This document shows, piece after piece, positions 1 to 14,206 of a stretch of DNA of 64,000 nt. The number at the start of each line of letters is the position of its first letter. Positions within the stretch are counted from its first letter, which is position 1. Position numbers and translations under genes: made by a program. Source of the DNA: Octopus vulgaris (taxonomy: Eukaryota); contig OX597833.1 of the NCBI GenBank assembly GCA_951406725.2, positions 69,068,001-69,132,000 of the forward strand, given 5' to 3'. The notes below the pieces were generated by a model. The model was not told the origin of the DNA. It was given only the letters and a program-made list of their open reading frames with translations, and did no database searches.

Positions 1-330
1 AAGTTCCTGGCTTTATGTTAAAGAATATACAGTAGAATCAATTAATTTTGATTTTATTCCGCTCACTCTCCTCTCCGATTCACACACTTATTGCAACGGT
101 CCTTCAGTGTTTATTTGCTCTGTAAAAAGAAGTCGGAATTTGGGCCTCCTGCCAGAGATCTTTAGCAGCGATCACTTCCGAATCGAAGTGAAATGTTTCT
201 GCAGGTATTGAAAGAGAGGATAGTCGAAGGGGGCCAAGTCAGCAGGGTTAGGTGGCTTGTCTACCAATTCGAAGTGTGCTGGTGCATTTCTCTGCAAAAA
301 CAGACGACAGGGCTCAGCTTCAAAGTCTCG
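1..330 (-). mobile_element. Mariner transposon 3' remnant (decayed transposase C-terminus), truncated by window edge
   Basis: Minus strand gives PPNPADLAPFDYPLFQYLQKHF (cf. mariner PPYSPDLAPSDYHLF), then LKDRCNKCVNRRGE (cf. RWxKCVxxxGDYVE), with stops and frameshifts. Confidence 0.75.
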
Positions 331-487
331 CACAGTTTCGACTAACTGATGACTGAAAGTAGTAAAATTTAAAAGATAAAAGATAAAGAATGATTTTGTC
401 ACAATATAATTTATGTTTCAATGTATATATATATTTATTTATATGTACATATATACATCTATTATATATATATACATACACACACAT

Positions 488-534
<47 letters not shown>

Positions 535-536
<2 letters not shown>

Positions 537-734
537 TACAACAGAAACAGGAAGAAACCGTGAGAGAAAGTTGTGAAAAAATACAGCAGGGTTCGCCACC
601 AACCCCTGCCGGAGCCTCGTGGTGCTTTTAGGTGCTTTCGATCAATAAACACTCACAACGCCCGTTCTGAGAATCGAAACCGCGATCCTACGACCGCGAG
701 TCCGCTGCTCTAATCACTGGGCCATTGCACCTCC
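535..734 (-). mobile_element. tRNA-derived SINE family B, 5' part
   Basis: Minus strand starts GGAGGTGCAATGGCCCAGTG (A box) and has GGTTTCGATTC (B box); matches copies at 18994, 29602, 33884. Confidence 0.85.
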
Positions 735-1267
735 ACTATTTCTTACGTAAAGAGGAAACATTATGTGATCTGCGCTAATTCAATATAACCGTCATGTTTG
801 TCTCTATACTAAAACATCTCAAATGAATTCGAATTTCCAAGTGAGTTTCGTTTTAGCTATCATCTGGGGAATGTTATCAGCTGCTTAACAATGAAATTTC
901 GATAAAGCCAAATCGAATTAATGGTACTTTACCGCTCCGCCTGGTTATTGATGGTTAACTTAATTGCAGATAACAATGTTGTTTGAATTCTTAAATATAT
1001 ATATTTTTTCGAAACAAGTGTAATGTACCTTGAAAGAGGAGAATATGTTATCTACAGCAAGGACTAAACAGTTTCATATGTTGATGTGTACGCATACATA
1101 TATGTGTGTGTGAGTATATATGTATATGTGTGTATATGTATGTGTGTGTGTATAGTATAAATTGATCTATGCACTTAACTGAAAGCATATATATATATAC
1201 ATGCATACATGCACGCACGCATACAAACACACATATATAGACATATATATATGATTTTTATATATAT

Positions 1268-1306
<39 letters not shown>

Positions 1307-1391
1307 TATATATATATACAGATATATATATATATATATATACATATATGTATACATATATACATATGCATATATATCCACATATATATAT

Positions 1392-1431
<40 letters not shown>

Positions 1432-1905
1432 TCAAACTACTACTTCAGTTCAAAGTTACAAATCAGGATTATAATCCATCTGTGAATCTGATGATACACA
1501 AACGTACATGCACAAATAGATGCAATCATACACACACGCACATGCAGACATACACTTACCTTCAGGCCTACCCCATTAACTGGCACTGATTTCCAATCAA
1601 GGTAACTCCTGAAATGCTCCTACGTTGCCTTTCGCTCCCGGTCATCGGTGCAAACTAAAGCGGTCAAATAAGAACATTAGTTCTTACGACAAGAAACGCA
1701 CGATCTGAGTATTACGTTGCGAGCCGACAATTACATTCCAAGAAGACGTAAAATAAGCGAAGTGTTTGAATATTTGTTTGGCCAATTACACATACACACT
1801 TAACCTATTCAGAAATTGATTTAGTATCGCTGAGATTATTAATATTTTGGAATGCCTATTTGTTGCTTAGACTTCAAAAGTATAGAACTATTCATATTAA
1901 GTTTA

Positions 1906-2020
1906 GCTGCGAAATGCTTAGCGATATTTCGTCTGTCTTTACGTTCTAAGTTCAAATTCCGTCGAAGTCGACTTTGCCTTTCGTACTTTCGGGGTCGATG
2001 AATTAAGTACCAGTTGCGTA
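1906..2020 (+). mobile_element. SINE family A fragment
   Basis: Contains GTTCAAATTCC and the GTCGACTTTGCCTTTC...GGGGTCGAT...AAGTACCAG core shared with 2730-2960. Confidence 0.75.
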
Positions 2021-2054
2021 GTAGAGTTTCGGGCCTTGTGCCTAAACATTTCGG

Positions 2055-2392
2055 GCATATGACTAATTCAGGATCACAACATTTTGGTACACTGCGACAC
2101 AATTTCATTTCCTCAATAGTCCATGTCCTATTTAACATTGTCTCCAAATTGATCAAAGAGGAAAAGGATCCCATGACATTTAAACGGCATTTGGACAAAT
2201 TTCTTCAAGGCATGCCAGATAAGCCACCCATACCTGGATACATCCTACTGAACAAGAACTCCCCATTTGAATGGATCATCATGCTACAAAACTTGACTTC
2301 AAAAGGATTTAGATAATCCTATCAGGTGGTGCTATTAAGTTAGACATGGCCTGGACCAATCTTTGGTCGAAACATATATAAGTTTATCTAAG
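2055..2392 (+). mobile_element. 5'-truncated CR1/Jockey-group LINE 3' end (ORF2 C-terminus plus 3' UTR)
   Basis: Translates as RHNFISS..LFN..FKRHLDKFLQGMPDKPPIPGY..NS, typical of the CR1-like ORF2 end. The 3' UTR recurs at about 22325-22410 and 61446-61508 and runs into (TA)n. Confidence 0.75.
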
Positions 2393-2394
2393 TT

Positions 2395-2723
<329 letters not shown>

Positions 2724-2729
2724 TAAATA

Positions 2730-2960
2730 AAGACGACGAGCTGGCAGAATCGTTAGCACGCCAGGCGAAATGCGTAGCCGTATTTCGTCTGTCGTTACGT
2801 TCTGGGTTCAAATTCCGCCGAGGTCGACTTTGCCTTTCATCCTTTCGGGGTTGATAAATTAAGTACCAGTTACGCACTGGGATCGATGTAATCGACTTAA
2901 TCTCTTTGTCTGTCCTTGTTTATCTCCTCTGTGTTTAGCCCCTTGTGGGCAATAAAGAAA
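2730..2960 (+). mobile_element. SINE family A, full length (tRNA-like head plus Meta-domain-like core)
   Basis: A box TGGCAGAATCGTTAG, B box GGTTCAAATTCC, core GACTTTGCCTTTCATCCTTTCGGGGT..ATAAATTAAGTACCAG resembling the MetaSINE domain; many copies in window. Confidence 0.85.
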
Positions 2961-2970
2961 TATATATATA

Positions 2971-3249
2971 TATAATATTAATTCGAGACAAAACCACTAT
3001 TTTGCAAATCAAACAAGGAAAGACTTAATCAATACATAAAAAATTTTAATATAAAGTAAATATTTATTTATTTATTTATTTATTTACTTTCTATTAAATT
3101 TTTTTATGTATTGATTAAGTCTTTCCTTGTTTGATTTGCAAAATAGTGGTTTTGTCTCGAATTAATATTATATAATATTTTACTATAAAATTGGATTTAA
3201 TCCTAAATCTGATTTTTTTCCCTGTAATTTTGGATTTATTCCCTAATAT

Positions 3250-3262
<13 letters not shown>
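2971..3262. repeat. Near-perfect inverted repeat (about 90-bp arms) with one-sided tail, inside (TA)n; Penelope-like inverted end
   Basis: 2971-3062 is the reverse complement of 3081-3172 with about 2 differences and a (TATT)n loop; unique tail to about 3262. Confidence 0.85.
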
Positions 3263-3344
<82 letters not shown>

Positions 3345-3992
3345 AATTAAAATACTAAGCACTGATTGACTTGGAAAGAATTAGCGATTGATTCGTTCAT
3401 TCATTCTTTGAAGACCCATTTGCAATCCCGCATTCACTTCTCATGCTACTTTAAAGTCGTGTTCCATTCTAATTCAGCGATGTTAATGTAGATCATTGAG
3501 CTCAATATATCTATAAATGGAAAATATAAACATAATAAGGGTCACCTTGGATTATTTCTATAGCTTTGTGGAATTGCATCGCATAGTAATTAACTGAGCC
3601 AATAAAGCAGTAATTTACAGATTGATTTAGTAAACAGATTGAAAATGTTCTATGAAAACGGTGCTTACAGCTGTCTCCCGGTAGTTCGGAGAAACTAATT
3701 TTCGAGGAATCGCTAGACGGTCGATTCGATTTTCCTTCCTAATTGATGAGATCACTGTACTTCAAAGGGAGGTCAATTAAATACTGTGAGGTCACATATG
3801 AATTTATTAAATTTTTCGATGTAAATCCCGTTACACAAATATTATACATACTTGTGCGCGCGTGTGTGTCTATGTGTGTGTCTATGCGTATAGGCATACA
3901 TGTATATATACACATATACAAACAGACAGCTGCGGACACAAACACACAGACAGCTAGCTAGACAGACAGATAGGTAGGTAGCTAGTAGATAG

Positions 3993-4056
<64 letters not shown>

Positions 4057-4057
<1 letters not shown>

Positions 4058-4392
4058 GGTTGTGTGTTAAGTAGCTTGCTTACCAACCACATGGTTCTAG
4101 GTTCAGTCCAACTACCTGGAACCTTGGGCAAGTGTCTTCTTCTATAGCCTCGGACCAACCAAAGCCTCCTGAGTGGGTTTAAAAGAAGCCCATCGTATAT
4201 ATGTATATGTTTGTGAGACTGTGTTTGTCCCCCCAACATCGCTTGACAACCGATGCTGGATGTGTTTAAGTCCCCGTAACTTAGCGGTTCGGCGAAAGGG
4301 ACCGATAGAATAAGTCCTACGGTCGATTTGCTCGACTAAATGCGGTGCTCCAGTATGGCCGCAGTCAAATGACTGAAACATGTAAAAGAGTA
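4057..4392 (+). mobile_element. SINE family C (CORE-like)
   Basis: tRNA-like head, CCTTGGGCAAGTGTCTT CORE-like motif, internal TA/TG tract, 3' end GGCCGCAGTCAAATGACTGAAACA..TAAAAGAG. Confidence 0.85.
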
Positions 4393-4422
4393 ACTGAGAT
4401 GAAATATCTCATAAATAAAAGA

Positions 4423-4605
<183 letters not shown>

Positions 4606-4614
4606 TCCAGCCAT

Positions 4615-4770
4615 GTCTGTCCCAGTCTAGATTGATCATGATTAGTATATATTCTCGTTGATTTTGTTGTAATTCAGGAATTGTCGGCGGACAGTGCTCG
4701 AGCCGTCATCTGCAAGGGACTCTACCTCGGCGATATGTAACCTGTTGTCGATACTTATTCCAGGTTTTTA
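4615..4770 (-). mobile_element. Possible highly decayed LINE reverse transcriptase fragment
   Basis: Minus frame KPGISIDNRLHIAEVESLADDGSS resembles the GIxI...LxFADD region of RTE-type RT; short and degenerate. Confidence 0.3.
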
Positions 4771-4916
4771 TGTCGTCTCGTGACACATCAAGAAACAAAG
4801 AGAGAGGGGGGTGAGAATGAGAGTGGGTGGAGAAATGAGAAAGCAGTATCAGATCCCTGATTCTATTGCTTTCAGCTTCTGTCCAGGAATTTTAACCAGC
4901 GAAATTATTGAGATAT

Positions 4917-5026
4917 AATAGTTATTGCCAAGCTGATATGGCAGTCCAGAAATATAGGACGAATGCTGCTGTTGGTAGCTTTCATCCTATATTTCTGGAC
5001 AACCATATTAGTTTGGTTATAACTAT
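4917..5026. repeat. Imperfect inverted repeat or MITE-like hairpin
   Basis: ATAGTTAT..ATATGG..GTCCAGAAATATAGGA pairs with TCCTATATTTCTGGAC..CCATAT..ATAACTAT. Confidence 0.75.
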
Positions 5027-5731
5027 TAATATCCAGTACCGCTAACCTTAGTCTCCTTTAAAGAGACTTAGAAACTTTAATATTTCTATTATTATGATAA
5101 TCTCAACAATTTACCCTATAGGCCATGCACTTTCATTTAGTTAACTTGCATTTGATCTTTTCCAGTGCCTTGCAACTGGTGAAGAAAAAGATAGAAGATA
5201 TTTACAAACTTGGGCCGTGTAAATGCAACAGAAACGAATTTGCTAAAATTATACATTGGCCAAGAGGTGATACGAGGCCAGGAGAAGTTTTGAGTTTTTC
5301 ACCGAAGTACAAGGATCCACATTACCAGAAATCCCCCGTGTACATTCGCTCTAACAACATTCACCGGTATTTCTTTCGAAGTCCTGATATTTTCCAAAGG
5401 CACTGTGCGTTGTATTCAATATATATCTCTCACACAGTTTCTACTTTTTGGTTTTGAGTATTGACTACGTCGAAATGCCGAATATTTACATATATCTATG
5501 CGGAAAGGAGATATTAACTGAGATGTCTCACACATTTTCTCTTAGTTGCCTTCGTTACCCATCCGAAGAATGGCAATTATGTCAATGTAAAGGTTTTCTT
5601 CGGAAAAATTGTTTTATAAATATATGCAGACATTCACACGCACACACACACACACACGCAAACACACACACACACACGCATACACACACTCACACACACG
5701 TACATGTGTATGTGCAAGTATATATATGTAT

Positions 5732-5853
5732 ATAGAAAATAGTAAAAAGTGAAAAAACTACAGAAGGCTTAACCTTTAAGCCTTCTGTAGTTTTTTCACT
5801 TTTTACTATTTTCTATGTATTCAACCACGTTCTTTCACAAACCAACTTTCTTA
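5732..5853. repeat. Perfect 41-bp-arm hairpin with one-sided tail between TA-rich tracts
   Basis: 5732-5772 is the exact reverse complement of 5776-5816, loop CCT; tail to about 5853. Confidence 0.9.
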
Positions 5854-6802
5854 TATATATATACATATATATATATGTCTGTGTATATATATGTTTGCAA
5901 GTACTTGTACGTGTATATATATATATGTGTATATATATATATATATATACAGATACATAAATACTTGCCTACTTATATATATATGTGTGTGTGTGTGGGC
6001 GTATTATATACATGTATAAACGCACACTTACGTTTGCTATATGCCATTATTGAAGGTTTTAACTTTCCCCACTCGTATTACACCGTGTAAGTTTTGTTTG
6101 GCGTCATAGTCGAATGCCTTTTGGAACGTGAGATTACTGCGGAATAATTAATACGTTAAACTACATCGGGCATTCTAAACTACAATGAAGAATAACTAAC
6201 CCAGCCCATCGTCTTTTTGTTGGCGCTAATTGCATGGATAGCTTATTCATGTTTATTGTTATAAGTTTCAAATGCATATTGCAATATAATTGCATGTTTG
6301 TCGAACTGAAGAAATCCGTGGCTTGTTTTCCAACAGTGTATTATTTATGTAGATTTTCGTTGCCTAAAATTTCCATTTTCTATTATTATTTTCTCTGTCA
6401 TTATTCTCTTAATAATTATGTTTTACTTTCTCATTGAATCTAAATTTTACTCTGTCTTTGATTATAACTAGAAATTTACATAACACAGCCTTGTTGAAGC
6501 ATTGAGCTAATGTCGGCAATGAATGTACGAAATTGTGTGCGAGGCTTCTTTCTTATAACTTTTTTTTTCTTTTGGTAGGTGTCTTCTACTTGAAGTGTCA
6601 ATCTCTTTATAATGGTTGTGTTCTTTACGCTAGTAGCCATAAAACATGCGGACAAAATATTTAGACAAGATTTCAATAATCTGGAATATAATGTCGAAGT
6701 TCAACTTGTGATGTGATTTTTATTGTTGGTCATCGTGCTTGGTTTGGGAGTTCTCGCTCTTATGTCAGCCGTAATCAATCATATGAAACAGCATGGGTAT
6801 CG

Positions 6803-6851
<49 letters not shown>

Positions 6852-6853
<2 letters not shown>

Positions 6854-7008
6854 CGATTGGCGTTTTTCAGTTTCTGTCTACCAAATCCACTCACAAGGCT
6901 TTGATCAGCTCGGGTCTATAGTGGAAGACACTAGAGCAAGGTGCCACGCAGTGGGACCGATTCCGCAACCATATGGCTGGTAAGGAACCTACTTACCACA
7001 TAGCCGCT
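6852..7008 (-). mobile_element. SINE family C, 5' half
   Basis: TCAGTTTCTGTCTACCAAATCCACTCACAAGGC...GTGCCACGCAGTGGGAC...CTTACCACATAGCC matches family C. Confidence 0.8.
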
Positions 7009-7017
7009 CCTTCGACT

Positions 7018-7072
<55 letters not shown>

Positions 7073-7088
7073 CATACATATAAATATA

Positions 7089-7119
<31 letters not shown>

Positions 7120-7496
7120 GCATATATATATACATGTGTGTGTGTGTGTGTGTATATGTTGTATGTCGTTAGTTCTATCAAGATCAGTCATGTCTTCCTT
7201 TCCGCTTTGGATGGTGTTTAGTATAAGTCATATACTTTAACTCATCGAAACATAGGGAATGCCTAGTTTTACATAAACATTTTCTAAAGCTTATTAGCAG
7301 ATATAATACAATAAAACGTGATACATTTCGTACACTGTAAAAAAGAATCCTTGTCCTTGACAACCATTCGCATTTCACATTGTGTTGATCATGATAGTTT
7401 TATAGCTAAGTTTGTACAATTGGGAAATAAATCAGGTTTACGTTTGGGAGTTTTATCTGTCTCTTCTTCTCTCCCAGCTTGTCACTCTCTGTCTCT

Positions 7497-7538
<42 letters not shown>

Positions 7539-7974
7539 GTACCTATCCATATGTCTATCTATCTTTCTTTTTGAGTGTTATGGCTTGAAGTATCTTAGAT
7601 AGAATTATTAGTTTCTGCATCGATATATTTCCAGATTTTCTTCTGGTTGATGCGAAAATACGTAGATTGAGCACTGATAATGCAGAACGGGACGTGATGG
7701 AATTAAGCGAAAGCATTTCATGCTATAATTATTGATAACTTACCACAAATTACGCGCATTTTCGAAGACATACACGCACACGTTGTATCCATACCTACAA
7801 ATGCTTACGTAGGCATATTTGAAAGAACCCGAACACCCGTAGAATTCTGCTGTAGCACGGAACAAACTACTGCCATCTGATCAAATTTGGTAGGTGGAAA
7901 TTGTGTGTAAGTCCTTCGTATGTATGTATGTATGTATGTATGTATGTATATATACATATGTGAATATATATTAT

Positions 7975-8385
7975 TACTCTTTTACTCTTTTACTTGTTTC
8001 AGTCATTTGACTGCGGCCATGCTGGAGCACCGCCTTTAGTCGAGCAAATCGACCCCGGGACTTATTCTTTGTAAGCCCAGTACTTATTCTATCGGTCTCT
8101 TTTGCCGAACTGCTAAGTGACGGGGACATAAACACACCAGCATCGGTTGTCAAGTAATGCTAGGGGGACAAACACAGACACACAAACACACACACACACA
8201 CATATATATATATTCATATATACGACGGGCTTCTTTAAGTTTCCGTCTACCAAATCCACTCACAAGGCTTTGGTCGGCCCGAAGCCATAGTAGAAGACAC
8301 TTGCCCAAGGTGCCACGCTGTGGGACTGAACCCGGAATCATGTGGTTGGTAAACAAGCTACTTACCACGCAGCCACTCCTGCACC
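7975..8385 (-). mobile_element. SINE family C, full length
   Basis: Complete copy from the GGTGCAGGAGTGGCTGCGTGGTAAG head to the TAAAAGAG-repeat tail; internal microsatellite at 8180-8222. Confidence 0.9.
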
Positions 8386-8725
8386 TATATTATAAATATT
8401 ATAGATAACCTTATACGACATGCTTTTGTATGTTTTGATAAATACCTATGCTCATCTGCAATGATTCGTGAATATCTTCTGCAATAAAAGAATCCCCTTA
8501 TACGCAATAAATCCCCCATGCTAATTTCCCTGAGTTTTTTTGCAATGTCTGCCCTTAAGTTTTTCTCGTTCTTCCCTATTGAAAATAAGTTCATGGTGAA
8601 GAAAATATGAGATTTTCCTTCGTAGATTTACTTAGAAATATAGCAACCTCCTCGTAAGGTCAAATGATCCTACAATAATGCGTATGTCGATTATGTATAC
8701 ATGCACACACCTACACACAGTTATA

Positions 8726-8741
<16 letters not shown>

Positions 8742-8757
<16 letters not shown>

Positions 8758-8758
8758 A

Positions 8759-8837
<79 letters not shown>

Positions 8838-8838
8838 T
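8742..8838. repeat. (TAA)n/(TTA)n microsatellite with strand switch
   Basis: Visible run changes from TAA to TTA at about 8760. Confidence 0.95.
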
Positions 8839-9067
8839 GTACTTTATTGCGATCTAGATTAATGTTTTATCATATTTTATTTTTTCTATATGGTGTGATT
8901 TACATCTATCATTGTTTGAATTACATAAAAGCGGTTTTTCTCTAATTCATATATATATGCATATATATATATATATATACATTCATATATACATATATAT
9001 ACATACATATGCGTCTGTGTGTGTCTGTATGCCATACATGCAACTATACCTGTGATGCATATATATG

Positions 9068-9118
<51 letters not shown>

Positions 9119-11020
9119 TCTGGTATAGTTATGAATATTTAATGTGGTTTTATAAGTGTACATTTTCAAGTCATATCATAGAATTTAACCAATGTTAACG
9201 TCAGCAATATTAATTCATTTTCGACTCTGTACATTCGTTTTACTTCATTTGTGCAAATGTTCAATAGCTTGTATGGATGTAATGTCCATCTTGTACATAA
9301 TGAATCGAAAGAAGAAAAAAAAACACAAAACAAAGTGAAAATATGGAAGAAAGAGAGAGAAACAGAATATTATGAGAAAAGAAGCGTTGAACACCAGAGA
9401 AATAAAGGTGGTGCCCTATAGCCTCATGATGCTTAAATTAATAGATGTAAGAAGCGCCTTGCATCTATATGCTGTATAATAAATTGCTGATCTTCTAGGT
9501 TTATTTCAATTTTGTGTCTTTCCTCATTTTTTGTTTAGTATTTGCATAGAATTGCCTTAACGGATGTAGAAATATAAAAGACGATGCCTTTAAATTAGAT
9601 ACAAACTGATGTGAAAAGGTGTACATGTTTTCATATCCGGATGATTAAAAACTGCACTGCCGAAATCTCTCACTTCTGATTCCAACGTATCTATTTGATT
9701 TGTGAGCGGAGAAGTTAATGCGTTCAAAAACATTTATTTCGAAATAAGTTAGCAAGGAATATTTGGTTCACTATTCTGATATTTTCATTTATTCTGTTAA
9801 AGTATTTGATGAAAAGAGCTGCTGTGGCCATGTAGAGATTATCTACATCCTTAATGTAGGACTCAGGCGAATACCCTTACGTTAAACTGTGTATGATAAC
9901 TTGATAAAGGTAAGTCAATAAATATGGCTCCCTGGAAATAATTTGGACAATTATGTGGATGTGTTTGTTCGAAATCCGAAATCGGGCGTAGTCCATAATA
10001 AACTCCTTAAAGAGAGGATAAATGATTATTCGTTTTAAAAGTACTTACGAAAATATATTCAGTTTAATAGGCGCTCATAAGTTTGGTAGGATCACTTGAT
10101 AAAACATGACCCTATAAATAGGACTACTTGGCCATTACGCGATGAGGTGTGTTGGTATATCAATCCAAGACACTTACTCAGTCACAGACTTTGGTAAACC
10201 CGTAAGAATCTCTGTCCGTTAAGGGGCAAAATAGATTATTATTTGTTCAAATTCTTACCACAATTAATTCAATCTATCGATTATTTATATACATGGATGC
10301 ATGTATGCTAGAATGCATCTGTATGTGTGCGTTTGTATGTGCTTTTGTGTATATATATATTTTGAATGTAATTCTTCATTTATATATGTATGTTTGTGTA
10401 TATGCGTCTATATGAATTATAAATACAGGCCAAGTTTATGGTGGCATAACAAAGTCACAATATAGAACTTATTTCATATTTTGTGCCTCATTTTCTTTTT
10501 TATTTTCCCGTCGCGGATCACTAATTTTGCCCTCTTTATTCAGATTATCAAAGACTTTTATCTATACGGGGACATTTTCGCTAAGTTCACTCACTTTATT
10601 AATAGATTCAAGTGAATTAATTAGCGCGTTCAGTGAACTTTGACGAAAACTGAATAATGTACGAAACTGCATAATCTGTCCAATGCCAAATTCGTTTCAC
10701 GAAATACTTTGAAAATACGTCCAGCATTTTCATTCTGCGTCAGTGTGAGTGTTAATGAAACAGTTTGTAAAGTGATGCGAATTTTAATTTATCTAGGTTG
10801 TTGCTATGTACTAATGATATATATATATTTTTAATAGAATATATATTTCACATACACAAGTTCATTTATGCGTTAGCAAGCTGCTTATATATATCTAGAT
10901 AGCGATTTACTCAAATATCCAACTACACATTTCATATAGGAACACACACGTGCAGATACACATACACATACACACTTACACACATATTTGTGTGTGTACA
11001 CCGTACATACATGTATAACA

Positions 11021-11069
<49 letters not shown>

Positions 11070-11201
11070 GGCAGAGACAAAGAGATAGGTAGATAGATAG
11101 ATAGATAAAAAGATAGATAGATAGATAAAACGATAGATAGATAGATAAATATAGATAGATAAATATAGATAGATAAATATAGATAGATAGGTAGATAGAT
11201 T

Positions 11202-11285
<84 letters not shown>

Positions 11286-12010
11286 TGGATGGATATAGGC
11301 ACATACATGAATAAATAAAATGTAATAAAAGGTAAAGAGGGCGTGGCGCAATTAATCACGAAGAAGTTCTCTGATAAAGAGGAATTTATATTCCAGTTTC
11401 TCCATCCAGGACAATTTCCTCCGGTGTAGAAAACTGGACGATTAATATGATCCTCACCGAGCGCGGACGGAAATAAAATGTTAAATAAACGGAGAGAAAC
11501 TTTCGACGTAGTCAGTTACTTGCTGAAACCATCTGCCCTTTCTCAAGGACTTAGAATTCACGTTCACATTTATCTGAGCACTACATCACGAACATCGATT
11601 CAATACTTGCTTTACCGTGCACCAACACACACCTTGATACAAACTCCGAGCACTACTTATAGATACTACACACTATGGACAATAAAACTTAGATACTTCT
11701 ATCAAGCAGATCTTTATTCCACTCCAGAATATTCTATTACGTTCTTCCTTTCCTGTATTTCTAATCCATTTACATATACTCCTTAACCCTGTTTGTCTTT
11801 ATCTGCCATGTTATTTGCAAATATACACATACAATCACAACATATATCTACGTACCTATCTATCTGTCTGTTTATATGTCTATCTGTCTATTTCTCTCTG
11901 TCTCTCTCTCTGTCTCTCTCTGTCTCTCTCTCTCGATATATATATATTATACACACACACACACACACACATACACACACAGACACACACACACACATAT
12001 ATATATATAT

Positions 12011-12077
12011 ACTAATACAATTGTTTGTTTGTTTTCCACCTGCCTTCGTCTTTTGTCTATTTTCATAAAGCTTCCCG

Positions 12078-12080
<3 letters not shown>
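12011..12080 (+). mobile_element. 3' tail fragment of Penelope-like pLTR family
   Basis: TACTAATACA..TGTTTGTTT..CCACCTG.CTTCGTCTTTTGT matches 59967-60036; flanked by (TA)n. Confidence 0.55.
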
Positions 12081-12122
<42 letters not shown>

Positions 12123-13848
12123 TATATGGGGCGGCGTGGAGATTTGTGGGTGTACCTGTAGTTAGATGGTTATTATTTGAAAAGGCATGCGGAAAATTAT
12201 TAATTGTATTTTCTTAAACTTTTTAAACACATAGAGTTACGTATTATGATATTCTAAATCGTGATTTCATTATACGTTTCGTATATTGAAATAATCAATC
12301 GTGCTACTCCTCCCCAACGAAATACATTACGTAAAGTAAACCTCAATATCAGTAAATGAAAAGAATAATTAAAACGACGAAAGTTGCTGACGTTAAAAAG
12401 AGGTATTTCTTAAGTATCGATGATTAATTGGAAGTTACATAACACGACGACGACACAAACCTGTTGCAGTAAAACATACTTAGTGTGAGACTTGAGAACG
12501 ATGAATACAATCATTATAGGAATTGATGGCTGGAAGGAAAACGTGAAGCCGCATCAATTTCAGGTGTGCGAAAACAACAAGGAACAAACGTAGGATCTTG
12601 ATTGAAATGTTGGTCTTTTTTTTTTTCTCTCTACATTTTCATGTTTGTGGATGGAAGATTGCAACCTAAAACGAAATCCATTAAGGACGCTGAAAGCTTC
12701 AAGCATATTCTATCCAATTAAAGAAAACCTAACTAAAGAAAATGAGATTCCAGCAACATATAAAAGAATTTTCGCTGTTAGTTCTGCTTCATTTGACTAA
12801 CTGAAAACTCCAGCAAGAATTTGAAGCGTTCGTCGTACAGGTGATGTGCAAATTTAGAGGAAAATTGTGGTGAAATGAAACATGTTTCAAAAAGTAATCA
12901 TCGTAAGTTGTTGTGATAATAATTTTTTGAACACTAGGGAGAAAGGAATGCCATAAAAATTTTGTGGGGACGGTGATATCAGAGTACATCAAACCTAGTA
13001 GTGAACTGGTATCTATATAATCAGCCCCTAAGGGGAAGAAAAGCATAAAGATTTGAACTCAGACCTAAATACAGACGAAAAGTCGCTAAGCAATGCTGTA
13101 AAAATAAATGTCTACAAATATCATACATAGTTTAATGTTAGAAGAATTTCGAATCTGAATTCCAGATGTTCAATGTTCAATTAGCAGAACCTTAACCAGA
13201 ATCTCCTGTATAGTTTCCAAAGTTTTTTTTTATTTTTTATTTTTTTTAATGTTTTTTACTTTACTCCAGAATTTCTTACGCACGAACTGTAATCTAGCAG
13301 ACGATAATTGAAGCACTGAAGAATAGCGGCTCGTTGGTGATAATACCATCAACCTCATCCTCCTCCTCCTCCTCCTCCTCCTCATCATCATCATCGTAAG
13401 GGAGTGTAAACAGACATATATAAAACTCAACAGTGACTGAGAAGTGTCGGACTCAAAGCAGAGATTGCAGTTTTTTTAACTGCTGCAAAGAACCTTGAAT
13501 GCCCCACTAAAAGTCGCCCGAAACCATATGATGAACTAGAATACAGTAATTTGAGATTATGTGGAGATGGTCAAGAAACAACTAAACACATTACATTAGT
13601 TGACCCACTAGCATGGCAGAGTTAGGAATTACTCACACAGAAACACATAATGCAATTGTAAGAAGTTCTAGGATAAAATAGATATTACGACATGCAGGAA
13701 AATGTCCATCAGATTGGCAATGCAACCACATTTTGGTATATGCTAATATATTCAGACAATAAGTATTAAAATGAACGAAGCAATTACTGATGTGAAGGAA
13801 TAGCAAGAGAAACTCCAAACCACAGGGGTTTTGAGAATTGTTATAAAG

Positions 13849-13917
<69 letters not shown>

Positions 13918-13919
<2 letters not shown>

Positions 13920-14116
13920 ATCCAAAATGTGACCGCGTGTGTACCATTGGCGATTTTTTTCCTCTGTCTTCCCTTCTCTGGATCTTTCCTTCTCCTATGT
14001 TCCGACGAAGAGCTCCGCTCGAAACGTTAGACCCCCTTCTTTCCTTCTTTCCTGAGCGTCCAGTAATACTATATTTGTTCCACGTCCTCTGTTTTTTTGT
14101 GCTTTCTTGTTTGGAT

Positions 14117-14121
<5 letters not shown>
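13918..14121 (+). mobile_element. Penelope-like pLTR fragment with degenerate hammerhead motif, inserted in (TA)n
   Basis: CCGACGA-A-GAGC(TCC)GCTC-GAAACGTT at 14002-14028; homologous to 56966-57141. Confidence 0.65.
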
Positions 14122-14206
<85 letters not shown>

